Of a stretch of 64,000 bases of DNA, positions 24,301-36,040 are shown piece by piece. The notes below the pieces were generated by a model, which saw nothing but the letters and a program-made list of their open reading frames with translations, searched no databases and had not been told where the DNA came from. Made by a program: the position numbers and the translations under genes. The first letter of the stretch is position 1. Each line of letters opens with the position of its first letter. The stretch comes from Stegostoma tigrinum. Lineage: Eukaryota. The stretch spans positions 12,264,837-12,328,836 of the forward strand of contig NC_081374.1 of NCBI RefSeq assembly GCF_030684315.1, in the 5' to 3' direction.

Positions 24301-26125
24301 CTCGCCTTCCAGCATCAGTTTGGAGCGGCCCAATGTCTACTTTTGCCTCTCATTTGTTTCTTATGTATTGAAAGAAGCTTTTGCTATCATTTCTAATATA
24401 ACTAGCTAGCCTACCTTCATATTTGATCCTCTCCTTCCTTATTGCTCTCTTTGTTATCCTCTATTTGTTTTTGTAAGCTTCCCAATCTTCTGATTTCCCA
24501 GTGCTCTTGGCCACCTTATAGGCTCTCTCTTTTTCTTTGATATATTTCCTGACTTCCTTTGTCAGCCATGGCTGTCTAAACCCACCCCGGATAATCTTTC
24601 TTTTCTTTGGGATGAGCCTCTGTACTGTGTCCTCAATTACACCCAGAAACTCCTGCCATTGTTGGTCTACTATCTTCCCCGCTAGGCTCTGCTTCCAGTC
24701 GATTTTCATCAATTCCTCTCTCATGCCCCTGTAATTATCTTTATTTAACTGTAATACCATTACATCCGATTTTGCCTTCTCTCTTTCAAACTGCAGACTG
24801 AACTCTACCATATTATGATCGCTGCCTAAGTGCTCCCTTACTTTAAAGGTCTTTTATAAAGTCTGACTCATTACATAGCACTAAGTCCAGAATAGCCTGC
24901 TCCATCACAAGCTGTTCCAAAAAGCCATTCTGCAAACATTCCATGAATTCCTTTTCTTTGGATCCACCGGCAACGTTATTCACCCAATCCACCTGCATAT
25001 TGAAGTCCCCCATAATCACCATTGAATGTACTTTACTGACAATGCTCTCTCCAAGTTGAGTAGAGAGAGTCACTGGGACATTTTGTGCATCCTGTTCAAT
25101 GTGCTGAAATGCAATGGCAAGAAAAGTGAGAAGAACTGTTTCTTAGCAAGTTGCTGCAGTGAATTTTAAAGGTGGTATACATTAACAGCTCTGTGTATCA
25201 GTGATGGAGCAAATATATGCTGAAGGTAACAAAAACAAGAAATGCTAGAGGTCAGCAGGATAGCACCATCGATAGCGATGGAAAAAATTGATCTACTGAG
25301 CTTCTCCAGCATTGTGTTTTTATTTCAGATCTCCAGCACCGCAGTATTCCATGTATTTGAATATTGAGGGTGTTTAATGGAGTGCCAAACATGTAGGTGT
25401 TTTGTCCTGGACAGTGCCACATTTCTTAAAATATTATTGAAGCTGCACTGAACAAACTAGGGGATGGGAGATATTCCAATATGATCACTCCTAACTTATG
25501 CCTTGTAGGCTGACAGGCAGCCAGAGTTTGGGAACTCTGTTTTGAGTAAGTGCAGTTTTGCATCCCCACTCTCCATCATCAAGGTCAGTTAGTTCAGTTG
25601 GCTGGACAGCTGGTTGCAAAGCAACAGCCACAGTGTCAGTTCACTTTTGATACCAGAAGCAGTCACCGACCTCAATCTCTCCCCTCACCCAAGTCATCAT
25701 GACCCTCAGGTTAAAGACCTTCTAATAAACACACAGCAGTCTTTCCCTCTGCAACTATGGTGACATGTTTTTACTGAGAGCTGCAATAGCTGTAGGGTTG
25801 ATTCAGTTCAGTTCCTTGACAATGGTAACTCCCAAATATTGATGGTGGGAGTTTCAGTGAGGATAATGTCATTCAATGTCAATTTTCATACTTTAGCACC
25901 ATGTCTTTGTTACTGGTCCAAATGTGATTGAGATGTTTATTTTAGTCTGACAGGGAAATGGAAGACACTGTCATTCATTCCACTATGACCCTTCAATCAT
26001 CTGCTCAAACAAAGGAAGATTCTGTAACTTATGCTAATTTAAAGGATTTGAAACAGCAAAAAGAGAACATCAACATCAATGCTTCAGAATCAGTGGAGTA
26101 TGCAGCACTGCAATTCAAATCATAG
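12302..26125 (+). CDS. CD300/pIgR-like two-V-domain ITIM receptor, paralogue 2; join(12302-12341,14818-15141,16934-17263,19282-19315,20113-20231,21858-21898,25946-26125), 1068 nt, 355 aa
   Basis: All introns are GT-AG and the phases chain 1,1,1,2,1,0 into one open frame. Encodes a signal peptide, two V-set domains with the extra Cys-x7-Cys pair typical of CD300/pIgR/TREM, a hydrophobic TM and two ITIMs. Confidence 0.88.
12933..13068. mobile_element. Short fold-back Penelope-terminus insertion
   Basis: Inverted arms of the Penelope end; TSD GAATAATACTGTT at 12916-12928 and 13069-13081. Confidence 0.8.
13500..14296 (+). mobile_element. Degenerate CR1-type LINE 3' fragments
   Basis: Nucleotide similarity to the other CR1 3' ends; ends in CCTGCTCC...TTCTTACGTTCTT. 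Confidence 0.6.
14818..15141 (+). CDS. Paralogue 2 exon 2, Ig V domain 1 (atypical, lacks the B- and F-strand Cys)
   Basis: Acceptor acaatag, donor G|gtaaga. Motifs GKNITVKF, IWCKTYSETRC, IFITMQPLWKNDTGTYWWG, LLKVF. Confidence 0.88.
15859..16041. mobile_element. Short fold-back Penelope-terminus insertion
   Basis: Near-perfect inverted repeat with arms of about 85 bp, centred near 15951. Confidence 0.85.
16934..17263 (+). CDS. Paralogue 2 exon 3, Ig V domain 2 (four Cys, CD300/pIgR type)
   Basis: Acceptor ccaacag, donor G|gtaaga. Motifs TVSCLY, KFFCKVTSVNKC, GRVSI, FTITMSNTSKADEGQYWCG. Confidence 0.92.
18827..18952. repeat. Tandem duplication, 2 x 63 bp
   Basis: CAATTGCCTT...TATATTCCCCCTCCAC occurs twice, with 3 mismatches. 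Confidence 0.9.
19282..19315 (+). CDS. Paralogue 2 exon 4, short stalk (EGIPAVSIDTP)
   Basis: tttctttgcaacag|...CCAAG|gtaac. 34 nt, phase 1 to 2, exactly the shift needed to link the V2 exon to the TM exon. Confidence 0.75.
20113..20231 (+). CDS. Paralogue 2 exon 5, transmembrane (WYIILAVLLGLLILSLLILFTW followed by KRK)
   Basis: Acceptor attttcttttag, donor G|gtatgt. 22 uncharged residues followed by a basic stop-transfer cluster. Confidence 0.9.
21858..21898 (+). CDS. Paralogue 2 exon 6, cytoplasmic (AKNENPEIPDMTRK)
   Basis: tttactttgcag|...AAG|gtaaga. 41 nt, phase 1 to 0. Confidence 0.8.
22560..25020 (-). mobile_element. CR1-type LINE, about 2.5 kb, from endonuclease to RT, frameshifted
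   Basis: ORFs with VIMGDFN, NYRPISLTS, YLDFQKAFD, QGSVLG, FADD and RPHLEYC; lies in the last intron of paralogue 2. Confidence 0.93.
25946..26125 (+). CDS. Paralogue 2 terminal exon with ITIMs VTYANL and VEYAAL
   Basis: Acceptor tttattttag|TCT. Reads SDREMEDTVIHSTMTLQSSAQTKEDSVTYANLKDLKQQKENININASESVEYAALQFKS*. Not in the ORF track (too short from its first ATG). Confidence 0.85.
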   Translation, partial: SDREMEDTVIHSTMTLQSSAQTKEDSVTYANLKDLKQQKENININASESVEYAALQFKS

Positions 26126-27660
26126 AGTTATTACCTCCTGGACTAAAGATGATGTTCTATGAATGCCTTAAAATCTTTATTTAAAAAATATAGTCAGCAA
26201 CAGGAATAGTCAGCAAGTCAAGCAGCACCACAAAGAGAAACCTTACATCCTCTGGGAGCAGATCGGCAGCCAGGGACGACTATGAAGTCTGGGGTCAAAC
26301 CGATCACCATTGGTATTTTGCAAGCAAGGGGGTGGTGTCAGTCTTGAACCAAGTAAGGGCCAATAGTCAGAGTTTGCAGCATTGCATCCACATCACTCAA
26401 ACATGTATCTAGCCCAAGAATTGAGTACTTGACTCATGGCTTTAGATGATCATTTTACACCACTGCATATAAATACATTTAGAATGGTGAGACAGCTCTC
26501 ACCTCTATCATCCTTTCAGGCTCTGAATTTCCAGAGACCCACCACTGAGTAAACACGGTTTTCTTTTAGACCCACCTAAATCTCCTGCTCCTTATCACGG
26601 TCCCACACCCCCTGGTTATTGACCCCTCTTCTACTTTTTAATCTACTCTCAATTTTCTACAATCAGGTTCTTGCTCAGCCTTTTCTGGTCCAAGGAAAAC
26701 AATGTCAGCCTATTTAGTTTTTCTTCATAGCTCCAGCGCAGGCAATATTGAGGTGATCCCACACACACGCACGCCCGCCCCCGCCCCCGCCCCCACCCCA
26801 CCCTACACCTTGTCTAGCATCATCACAGCCTTCTAATACAGTGGTGACCCAAAACTGCATGCACTATTCCAGTTATAGCCTTACAACATTGTACACAGTT
26901 CCAAAATAACAGCCCTGCTCTGGTATTCTATGCCTTGATGATGGTCTCATGCATCTGCCCATTCCTTCAATTACTCTTCTATGGCAAATCCTGCAGGCCA
27001 TGCAGTGGAGGTGGTGAGCACCGCTCCTTTACCAACAGCTTATTCTCAACAAAGCACTACTCTCCCCCCACCCCCCAATCGCCTCCAAGTCCTCCTGTGC
27101 AGTGCTAGTCCAGTCAAAACCCTCACTCACTTCTTCATGCTGACCCTTTGCTCCACAGGATTAGGAACTGCCTGCAATTTCTGCTACCTCTAGCAACCCA
27201 GCTTGGGCTAAAGAACTGCCAACTCTCCAACTGGCCAACAGCTCTCAAAATGCAGAACTTCTTCCTGTGACAGAGAAGAAATCTCACTGAGCTGAACGCT
27301 AGCACCAGCCATGAAATCACTTCAGGACAATCTAAAAGAAGGCTCACCCAACATTTAAGATAATGTGTTTTGACCATAACATCTAAATTAAATTTCACCC
27401 AAGGTTTCAGGTCAGAGTTTTGATGGAAGGTGATTGACCTGAAACATTAACTACCTGTCTCTCCAACTGCTGCAGCACTGCCCTATATTTGCTCATTGCC
27501 ACTCTAAACATAATTTTTCTGACATTCCAAAATCACTTATTAAACAGTAAATAAAAAGTATGACAGATCTATCAAAACCTGGTTTTCAGACACATCTGAA
27601 TATACTTTGAGATCCTCACTTGATTTTCCTTTGCACTCTATCTTACAAGAGAGCAGGCTA

Positions 27661-28800
27661 ATAGAACATAGAACATAGAACAGTACAGCACAGAACAGGC
27701 CCTTCAGCCCACAATGTTGTGCCGACCATTGATCCTCATGGATGCACCCTCAAATTTCTGTGACCATATGCATGTCCAGCAGTCTCTTAAATGACCCCAA
27801 TGACCTTGCTTCCACAACTGCTGCTGGCAACGCATTCCATGCTCTCACAACTCTCTGCGTAAAGAACCCGCCTCTGACATCCCCTCTATACTTTCCACCA
27901 ACCAGCTTAAAACTATGACCCCTCGTGCTAGCCATTTCTGCCCTGGGAAATAGTCTCTGGCTATCGACTCTATCTATGCCTCTCATTATCTTGTATACCT
28001 CAATTAGGTCCCCTCTCCTCCTCCTTTTCTCCAATGAAAAGAGACCGAGCTCAGTCAACCTCTCTTCATAAGATAAGCCCTCCAGTCCAGGCAGCATCCT
28101 GGTAAACCTCCTCTGAACCCTCTCCAAAGCATCCACATCTTTCCTATAATAGGGCGCCCAGAACTGGACGCAGTATTCCAAGTGCGGTCTAACCAAAGTT
28201 TTATAGAGCTGCAACAAGATCTCACGACTCTTAAACTCAATCCCCCTGTTAATGAAAGCCAAAACACCATATGCTTTCTTAACAACCCTGTCCACTTGGG
28301 TGGCCATTTTAAGGGATCTATGTATCTGCACACCAAGATCCCTCTGTTCCTCCACGCTGCCAAGAATCCTATCCTTAATCCTGTACTCAGCTTTCAAATT
28401 CGACCTTCCAAAATGCATCACCTCGCATTTATCCAGGTTGAACTCCATCTGCCACCTCTCAGCCCATCTCTGCATCCTGTCAATGTCCCGCTGCAGCCTA
28501 CAACAGCCCTCTACACTGTCAACGACACCTCCGACCTTTGTGTCGTCTGCAAACTTGCTGACCCATCCTTCAATTCCCTCGTCCAAGTCATTAATAAAAA
28601 TTACAAACAGTAGAGGCCCAAGGACAGAGCCCTGTGGAACCCCACTCACCACTGACTTCCAGGCAGAATATTTTCCTTCTACTACCACTCGCTGTCTTCT
28701 GTTGGCCAGCCAATTCTGTATCCAAGCAGCTAAGTTCCCCTGTATCCCATTCCTCCTGACCTTCTGAATGAGCCTTCCATGGGGAACCTTATCAAATGCC
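27661..28800 (-). mobile_element. Young 5'-truncated CR1-type LINE (RT C-terminal part intact, 312 aa)
   Basis: ORF 27750-28688 (GVPQGSVLGP, FADD); tail (TATGTTC)n. Confidence 0.95.
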
Positions 28801-31800
28801 CCAATAGTTTAATGTCCTGCATTTGAAAGTGCAGAGGAACAGCCTATTATTTCTTCATGTGCAAAAACACGATAAATTAAGATTAGTGTATGGAGGAATT
28901 ATAGCTGTAATATCCACAATGCTATTGTAGAGAATGAAATATTCATTTGTGCAACCTGAAACTGTGATTCCATCTCAAATATTATGTCAAATTGCTTTCT
29001 AACTCTGAGTGTGCGATTTTAAAGCATTGCTAATGTCTTGAGACTATATGGTGTACAGCATAAATTATTTTTAAATGTAAAAATGCCTTAACAAGGACAG
29101 CATTTAATAAAGAACAGATTCTTTGTCCTGGGCAGCAATTTTTGCCAAGTATTTCCTGCATATTTTATTGATTTCCAGTATCTTCACTTTTACTTCTGTT
29201 AAATATAACGTGCAATTTCATTTGTCAACCAGATAGAACGCCATTCAAATTGTTCTGCCTATGAAAGTTATCTTAATTGCACAGTCCATTACTTTGATAT
29301 ACCTTGGGAAAATATTTTTAAATAAACTGTGCATCATTTTGTTTTCAGGTAAAATTATGCACAGCAGAAATTCCTTGAATCATCTCAGCCATTATGGTGC
29401 AAAGTGGTTTATCTAATCAGTCAAGGATGTTGGAAGCCTTTCCAAATCTGGCTAAGCCCGGTTTCTGTCACAGCGAAGCCGGCTGAGAATAGTTGAGTGA
29501 GTGATAGTCTCTACAACAGCTGAGATACTGCAAACACCTGGGCAACTAGATAAGTCACAAGGACAGGCCAGCTTTTCTTGAATTTCTAAGTAAATTCTAC
29601 GAATACAACCTTTTTACTACAAATCGTTGGACGTGAGTGCTACTGGCAAGGCCAGTATTTATTACCCATCATTAATTACCCAGACGTTAGTTACGAATCA
29701 GCCACATTGCTGTGTGTCTGGAGTTACATACAGGTCAGACCAAGTAAGGTGGTAAATTAATGGATGTTCCTCAAATACATTAGTGAACCAAATGGATTTT
29801 TACAAAAATTGACAGTAGCTGCCATAAGGGTGGTATCAATTTTTTTTTACATCCCATGGTGAGATTTGAGCTCATGTCTCCAGAACAATAACCTGGTGTC
29901 TGGTTTACTAGTCCAGTGATATGCTCATGACATCAACACCTCATCGTCTGATCTTGGTGAGAAGGAAACGAGGAACAGATTGAGGTATTGTTTACTTTTC
30001 TGTCCCATGAAATGATAATTAGTCCCTCCGAATCTATTTACTACAGTGATATCTATTTTTTCTTGGCTTTTCCTTCCCAGTCTGAAAAGCATTTTCAGTT
30101 TTTAGGCCATTTGTTCAAGAAGCACCCAAGTAATCTGGACTAGAGAGATTTTACTACCAAGAAAGCAAGATCCAGAATGAAGCTGGGCTTCTTATGGCAA
30201 AATATTTCCTTCCTGCTGGCACAGACTTGATACCAAAACGGTTCATTGCTCAGAGACTGTGACACAGTGCTGCAGGAATGACTTTGCTTCATACCCAATT
30301 TCATACAGCACTGTGGCTTTTCACACAAGGAAAAACTGAAGGGCTGTAGTTGTCAACAGCCAAGTGAGTCTAGTGACCAGATTAGTCCATTTTGGACAAA
30401 TGATAAATAAGGAGTTTGCTTTGTATCTCATTGGCTTAAGGGTGGAACAAAGTTGAAGATTTTGAACCTTTAAAAAAACTTTAATGTTTATGCTGAGATG
30501 ATAGATGGGGAAGAATGTGAGCACAGAACCTCACCACACAAGTTGACATAGATCACATGTCCAGACATAAATTGGAAAAACACTTAAGGGTACAGCAATT
30601 AAAGTGTCCTTTAAAAATCTGGATATGGTTCAAGTACTAAATTCCATTTTTTTTACAAACGTCCATACATAAAACATTAGGTAGCTTCAAAGAGAGAAGA
30701 ATAAATATTGCAAATTCCCCAGAGGTAAAGAGCAAAGGTAAGTGAAGTGAAAACAAACTGACAAGATGACTTGGGAGGGAACCAAGACTGTTAATTGCTT
30801 CCTAAGCATTTAGTAATATTAAGATAATAAAAACAATTTGCATTTTTACAATGAGTTAAATAGCCTGGAAGAAATGTGGCACTGAGTGCGTGTGTGCATT
30901 TTTACAGTGATTTATGCCTCTCAAAATATCCCAAAATACTGTGACCAGGGAGGTTCCTGAAAGGAATTACCATTGTTTATATGTAAATAAATAGCCCAAG
31001 TGATAAACTTGTAGCTTTCAAAATCAGTAAGGTTTATACTTCATAATCCTACTTTAATTATTGAAGCAATACTATACACAACACGAACAATGGGCAAAAC
31101 CAGCAACACATTTCTGCTGCAGTAGGTGAGCACTAAACATGAGCAACAGGAAAATCGAGTGCTTTCGTAAAATATACTGGAGCACAAAAATGCATCTGAC
31201 ATTCATGGTTGATAGCGGATTTTGATAATGGCTCTATCACCAATAAAGATTTGGGTTAGCAGATTATGTCAAACTTTGATCACAGCGCTTCCACTCAATG
31301 CTGGATGATTTTCAGTTTCTCAGCACTGACATACAATGCACAAGAAACACGTTTTTAAATCTCTCAGAAAAGATAAAATGCATATAAAAAAGAATAGTTG
31401 TTCAGGAGACCTTTATTCAGGTTAAATGACAATTTTCCATCTACTTCTCTTCACAGTACAGCAATGAAGAAGGTTGTATGCAACAGAAATGATCAAATAA
31501 TATTCAGACTAATGTTTTCTCTTCTTTCAACATATCAAGTATTACTTAAATAGCTGAAGTGGAGTAAGACTTTTTTTGATCTCACCCAATGGCCTTTTAG
31601 ATTTTCAAGCAAATGCCTTGTCCTTTGAGAAATCAGGCTGAAAATAATGGAGTAGTACTAGTGAGGAACTGCATCACCCATTTTTAAATTATCCACTAAC
31701 CAAATATCCAGCTAAGATGACAGCAATGACCTTGCATTTACAGAGGTAATACCATACTGCAGAGACAGAGACAGAAACTTTCACTATCTTAAATTGATAG

Positions 31801-34679
31801 TGTATACAGAAAGCCACAAGGATCATCTACCCATGGCAATGTCCTTCCCTGTCTACACATTTCTATTGTCTTCACTGGCTGTTTCATATTCATCCAAATG
31901 ACAGCACACACTGGCATATAAAAGTCCAAACTTTCAGAGAAGGTTGGCTCACCAAATTCACAGTTACAATTCTGCAGGTACTAAAGTTAACTAATAGGAT
32001 ATTGCACTCATTCTGGTATAAATAGGTTTCTTTTCAAGCCATGATGAATGCATTGCTTGCACATATTACATGTGGCACTGAATTATAAATCTTCCACCAC
32101 AAATGAAATTAGCCCACATAAATTGACTACCACCAAAGGTAGTGAGCTAGTTTTCTCATTTATTATACATCAATTAAAATTTAAAATCATAAAGGACAAG
32201 GTTTCATTATTTCAAAAAGTTAATGATAATATTTCAATAAATAGCACAGATTTTGTTGTGAATATGATTTGGTATATTTTCAGATTTTCCTCAATTGTGT
32301 CTATTTTATTCTTTCACAAAGGCAACGCTGGGAGACAAACAACAGAATATTGAGCAGGCTTTTATGGAAAGAAAATGTTTAAAGAATCCTGAATGCTTTA
32401 GTCAACACACACCTGCAGTAAATATATGGCATGAGTGTGCAATAATATTCTTATAAGTCCAGTATTGTTTTATATTGGTGACAAAATAGAGGGCTGCGAG
32501 GATACTGAAGATCTGAAACAGAAATTGCTGAGAAACTCAGGCGATCTGGCCGCATTTGTGGAGAGAAAGCAGAGTTTCAGTTTAAAGGCAAGTGAGCTTT
32601 CTCCAGAGGTGACTGGACTATGTTTTCTCCGTACAGATGCTGCCAGGCTACTGAGTTTCTCCAGTAATTTCTGCTCTTGTTTTTATTATTTCATTACTAC
32701 TGTGATGCTAGTGTTGATGACCCCAAAAGGAACTGTAATCAATGTTTTACAAAGCAAGCGTTAGTTATTTCATTTTATCAAAATGCTGTAGGATAAGGCA
32801 ATGGGATTTCTCCATTTTTTTTGACACCTTGCAGCAATTAACAGACCTCCAAATAAGATTTGAAAAGAACCAGTGACGACAGCCACAGCAAAACCAATTC
32901 CGCCTCCCAGTTATATTATACCTGCTGCCTTATGACCACATTTTTCAGGTATAAATTACTGGTGGTCATTGAGAAGTGCACACTAAATTCCAAAACCAGT
33001 TTCTCCCAATTCTTGCCTATCTTTCATTAGAAAAAATTTCAACGCTCAATAATAAATCATGTGTATTATTGAAATGGATGCAGTCAGCATTGTTGATTTT
33101 TCTGTCAAAAAATACTGTACAGAATCAGCTGCCTCGTACATCCCATGAACTTGTATACACCACTGCAAACATACTTCATGTGGAGAAGCTTTCCCTTCTC
33201 AGTGTTAATTGTTCTCAAAATCTTTAACTTTTAATCACAGAACTAGTTTACCAAATTCTGGACACTATTCTGCTTTTGAATTATCTACACCAGAGGGTTG
33301 TGGGTGTTCAGTCAATGAGTTATAATCAAGGCCCAGATCATTAAGACTCTAAAGAGATCAAGAATATCACAAAAAAAAAGTAGAAAGGTGGAATTAATGT
33401 TGATGGTGGCTTGAAGTGGTTTGGTCTACTCCTACTTATATCTCAGGATGTCAGTCAATGGGGAGAATCATAGAAAGGAGGGATATCCTCAGTGTCCACT
33501 GAGCTGTCATGTTTAGTGAGCTTTTAGTCTTAGGGATTCAAGCAGAGGGTGTGTTGCTGGGGTGTTGCGGGTGGGTGGGTGAAGTGGTTGGGGCAGGGAA
33601 AGAATGGAGAAAGAACAGGAGGAGAAGACAGAGGTAGATGAAAAAATTTTTCCCAAGTATCTGCCAATATTGCCAGCAAAAGGCCACCGGAAGAAAACCC
33701 ATGTCACTTAAATGAGGTGCTGTGGAGGACTATCCTGTTATATGTATTGAATCCTTTGGTATGGCTAAAATAGATCTTTGAGGAGCTCAAAAAGCAAAGA
33801 CCAAAGTAGTTATTTCCAAATACGTTGAGTTATCTTTCTATTATTCAATACAAGTTCATGGAGGAACAAAATGTTTATCATCCTGGGCCATGCTTTATTG
33901 ACATCCCTTCCTCCCTCAATTGTGCAAGAAACAATGGTACTCAGCATGAAATAATTTCTCCCGCTCTGTAAGCTTGTTGCAACACGATTACTGGATTAGT
34001 CATCATTGTTTTTCATTGGGATAATTACTTTTATACACACCACATGTATACAAGGAGCTCAAAAATCCTACTTAAAAGAAATTGGTATCATGAACAAATC
34101 AGATACAAGACTGTCCCATCACTAAGCCGAATCAAAACAAAAATCACTTCAACACAAGAAAACAAACTCCTGTTTCTTATTAGAACATCTTCATGCTCCA
34201 AGAAATAATCTCCCACAGACATACCAAGAAATAAACTGATTAGGTTGAAAGATGTTAACAGTACTATAGAGACCAGTTGATCCTTTCTACATCCTTCAAA
34301 GTAATCTACAAGAACAGAAACTGGCTGAAGTATATGGGTGAGTTTAGTTAGTACATCTGTTGTGCTCCTTTTTGGTCAGTTTTTTTTAAAAAATAAGTTT
34401 AGACAGTCTAAGAACTTGGACCAGGAATTCATCCCCACAAGCTTGCTCCAACATTCAATAAAATCATGGCGGTTCTCATCTCTGCCTCACCTACACTTTC
34501 CCACTGGCTCCCATTAACCCTTCAATCCAGTACTCATTAAATAAGTCTCTCTCCTTTTTAAATTTACTCAAGGTCCTGGCGTCCATCACAGTCTGCAGTG
34601 AATTCCATAAATTCACAATCATGAGCAAATTAATTTATCCTCATCTGTTTTAAACTGGCTACACCTTAGCCGTTCCAGA

Positions 34680-36040
34680 AACAACAAAAATCAAACTGCT
34701 GTTTGGAAGGTGAATGGCAGGTCTGGAAGCATCCAAAGAGAAAAATCAGAGTTAACATTTCAGGTCCCGTGACCCTTCTTCAGAAGTGATGACAGCTAAG
34801 AAATGGTGGATATTTATGCAGAAGAGGTGGTGAGGGAGAAGGGGGAGAGTAAATGATAAGTGGAGATAGGGGCCAAACAGAGAGATAAACAGTTGGACAG
34901 AGTGGGTAAAGGTCCATGTAGGAGAATGAATAGCTGCTAATGGGGACTAATAGCTGACAATGGGTATTGTGTGGTTGCAGCCCACGTGATGACAAGACCT
35001 GGTGTGAGGGGTTTGGGGGTGAGAACATGGAAGGTGGTGCCTCAAGGCCTAAAATTGTTGAATTCGATGTTAAACCCAGAAGGCTGCAGAGTTCCCAAGT
35101 GGCAAATGACATGCTGTTTTACCAGCTTGCTCGGAGCTTTGCTGGAGCACTGCAGCAAGCCTGTCTCCCAAGACAAAGATGTTGACCAGGGAACACTAAT
35201 ATTTTGAAGTGTCAGGCAACTAGAAGCTCAAGGTCTTTTTTGTAGACACACATAGGTATCCTGCAAAGTAGTTAGCAAGGCTGCACTTCATTTCCCCAAT
35301 GTACAGGAGACCACACTGTGAGCAGCAAATACAGCAGACTAGATTGAGTGGTGAGGTAAAGCAATGCTTCACCTGGAAGGTGTGTCTGGGATCTCGAATA
35401 GCGTGAAGGGAGATCTTCTGCGATTGTAGGGTCATGGAGGGGCATTGGAAGTGAAGAAGTGGACCAGGGAGTCCCAGAGGAAACAATCCATGCAGAAAGC
35501 TGACAAGGAAAAGGAGGGGATATTGTGATGGTGGTGGCATTAATGACAGTTAAAATGATCCTATGAATGAGGATGCAAGTGGGACAGTAGGTGAAGACAA
35601 GCGGGGCCCTAATGTTGTTTTGGAGGAGGGGGGGCACGAGGGTCAAGGCGTATGAAATAGGTCGGACCTGGCCGACAGCCCTGTCAACTATAATGTTCAA
35701 GAATCCTCTTTTAAGGATTCATTTCAGAATCCCTTGTCAAAGTAGGCATCCTCAGAGCATATGTGCAGAGACAAAGATGGAAGAGCTAGGAGAATAGAGT
35801 TTTTACAGGAAGCAGGGTATGAGGGCGTGTAGTCAAGGTAACTGTGGGAGATAGGGAGTTGGTCGTGGATATTTGTGGCCAGCCTATCCCCAGAAATGGG
35901 ACCGATGTTAAGGGAGGGATGGGAAGAGTCAGAAATAGACTAGGTGAAGTGACAGCAGGGTAGGCATTGGAAGCGAAACAGATAAACCTTTCAAATTCTG
36001 GGCAAGAGAGGGAAACAGCACCAATTTACTGGAGGAAGTT
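34680..36040 (-). mobile_element. Older, degenerate Penelope-like element nested in a CR1 fragment
   Basis: Frameshifted GIY-YIG remnants (CICCSQCGLLYIGEMK, APLVFTY) and a terminal hammerhead-like motif near 34751-34783. Confidence 0.75.

Noticed and set aside
25954-25956. Alternative acceptor ctgacag for the terminal exon of paralogue 2
   Set aside because: Out of phase with the phase-0 donor at 21898; the acceptor at 25944-25945 keeps the frame.
12302-26125. Naming the receptor PIGR, FCMR or a specific CD300 gene
   Set aside because: It lacks the pIgR domain 1 CDR1-type motif, has an ITIM tail, and orthology cannot be established without phylogeny.
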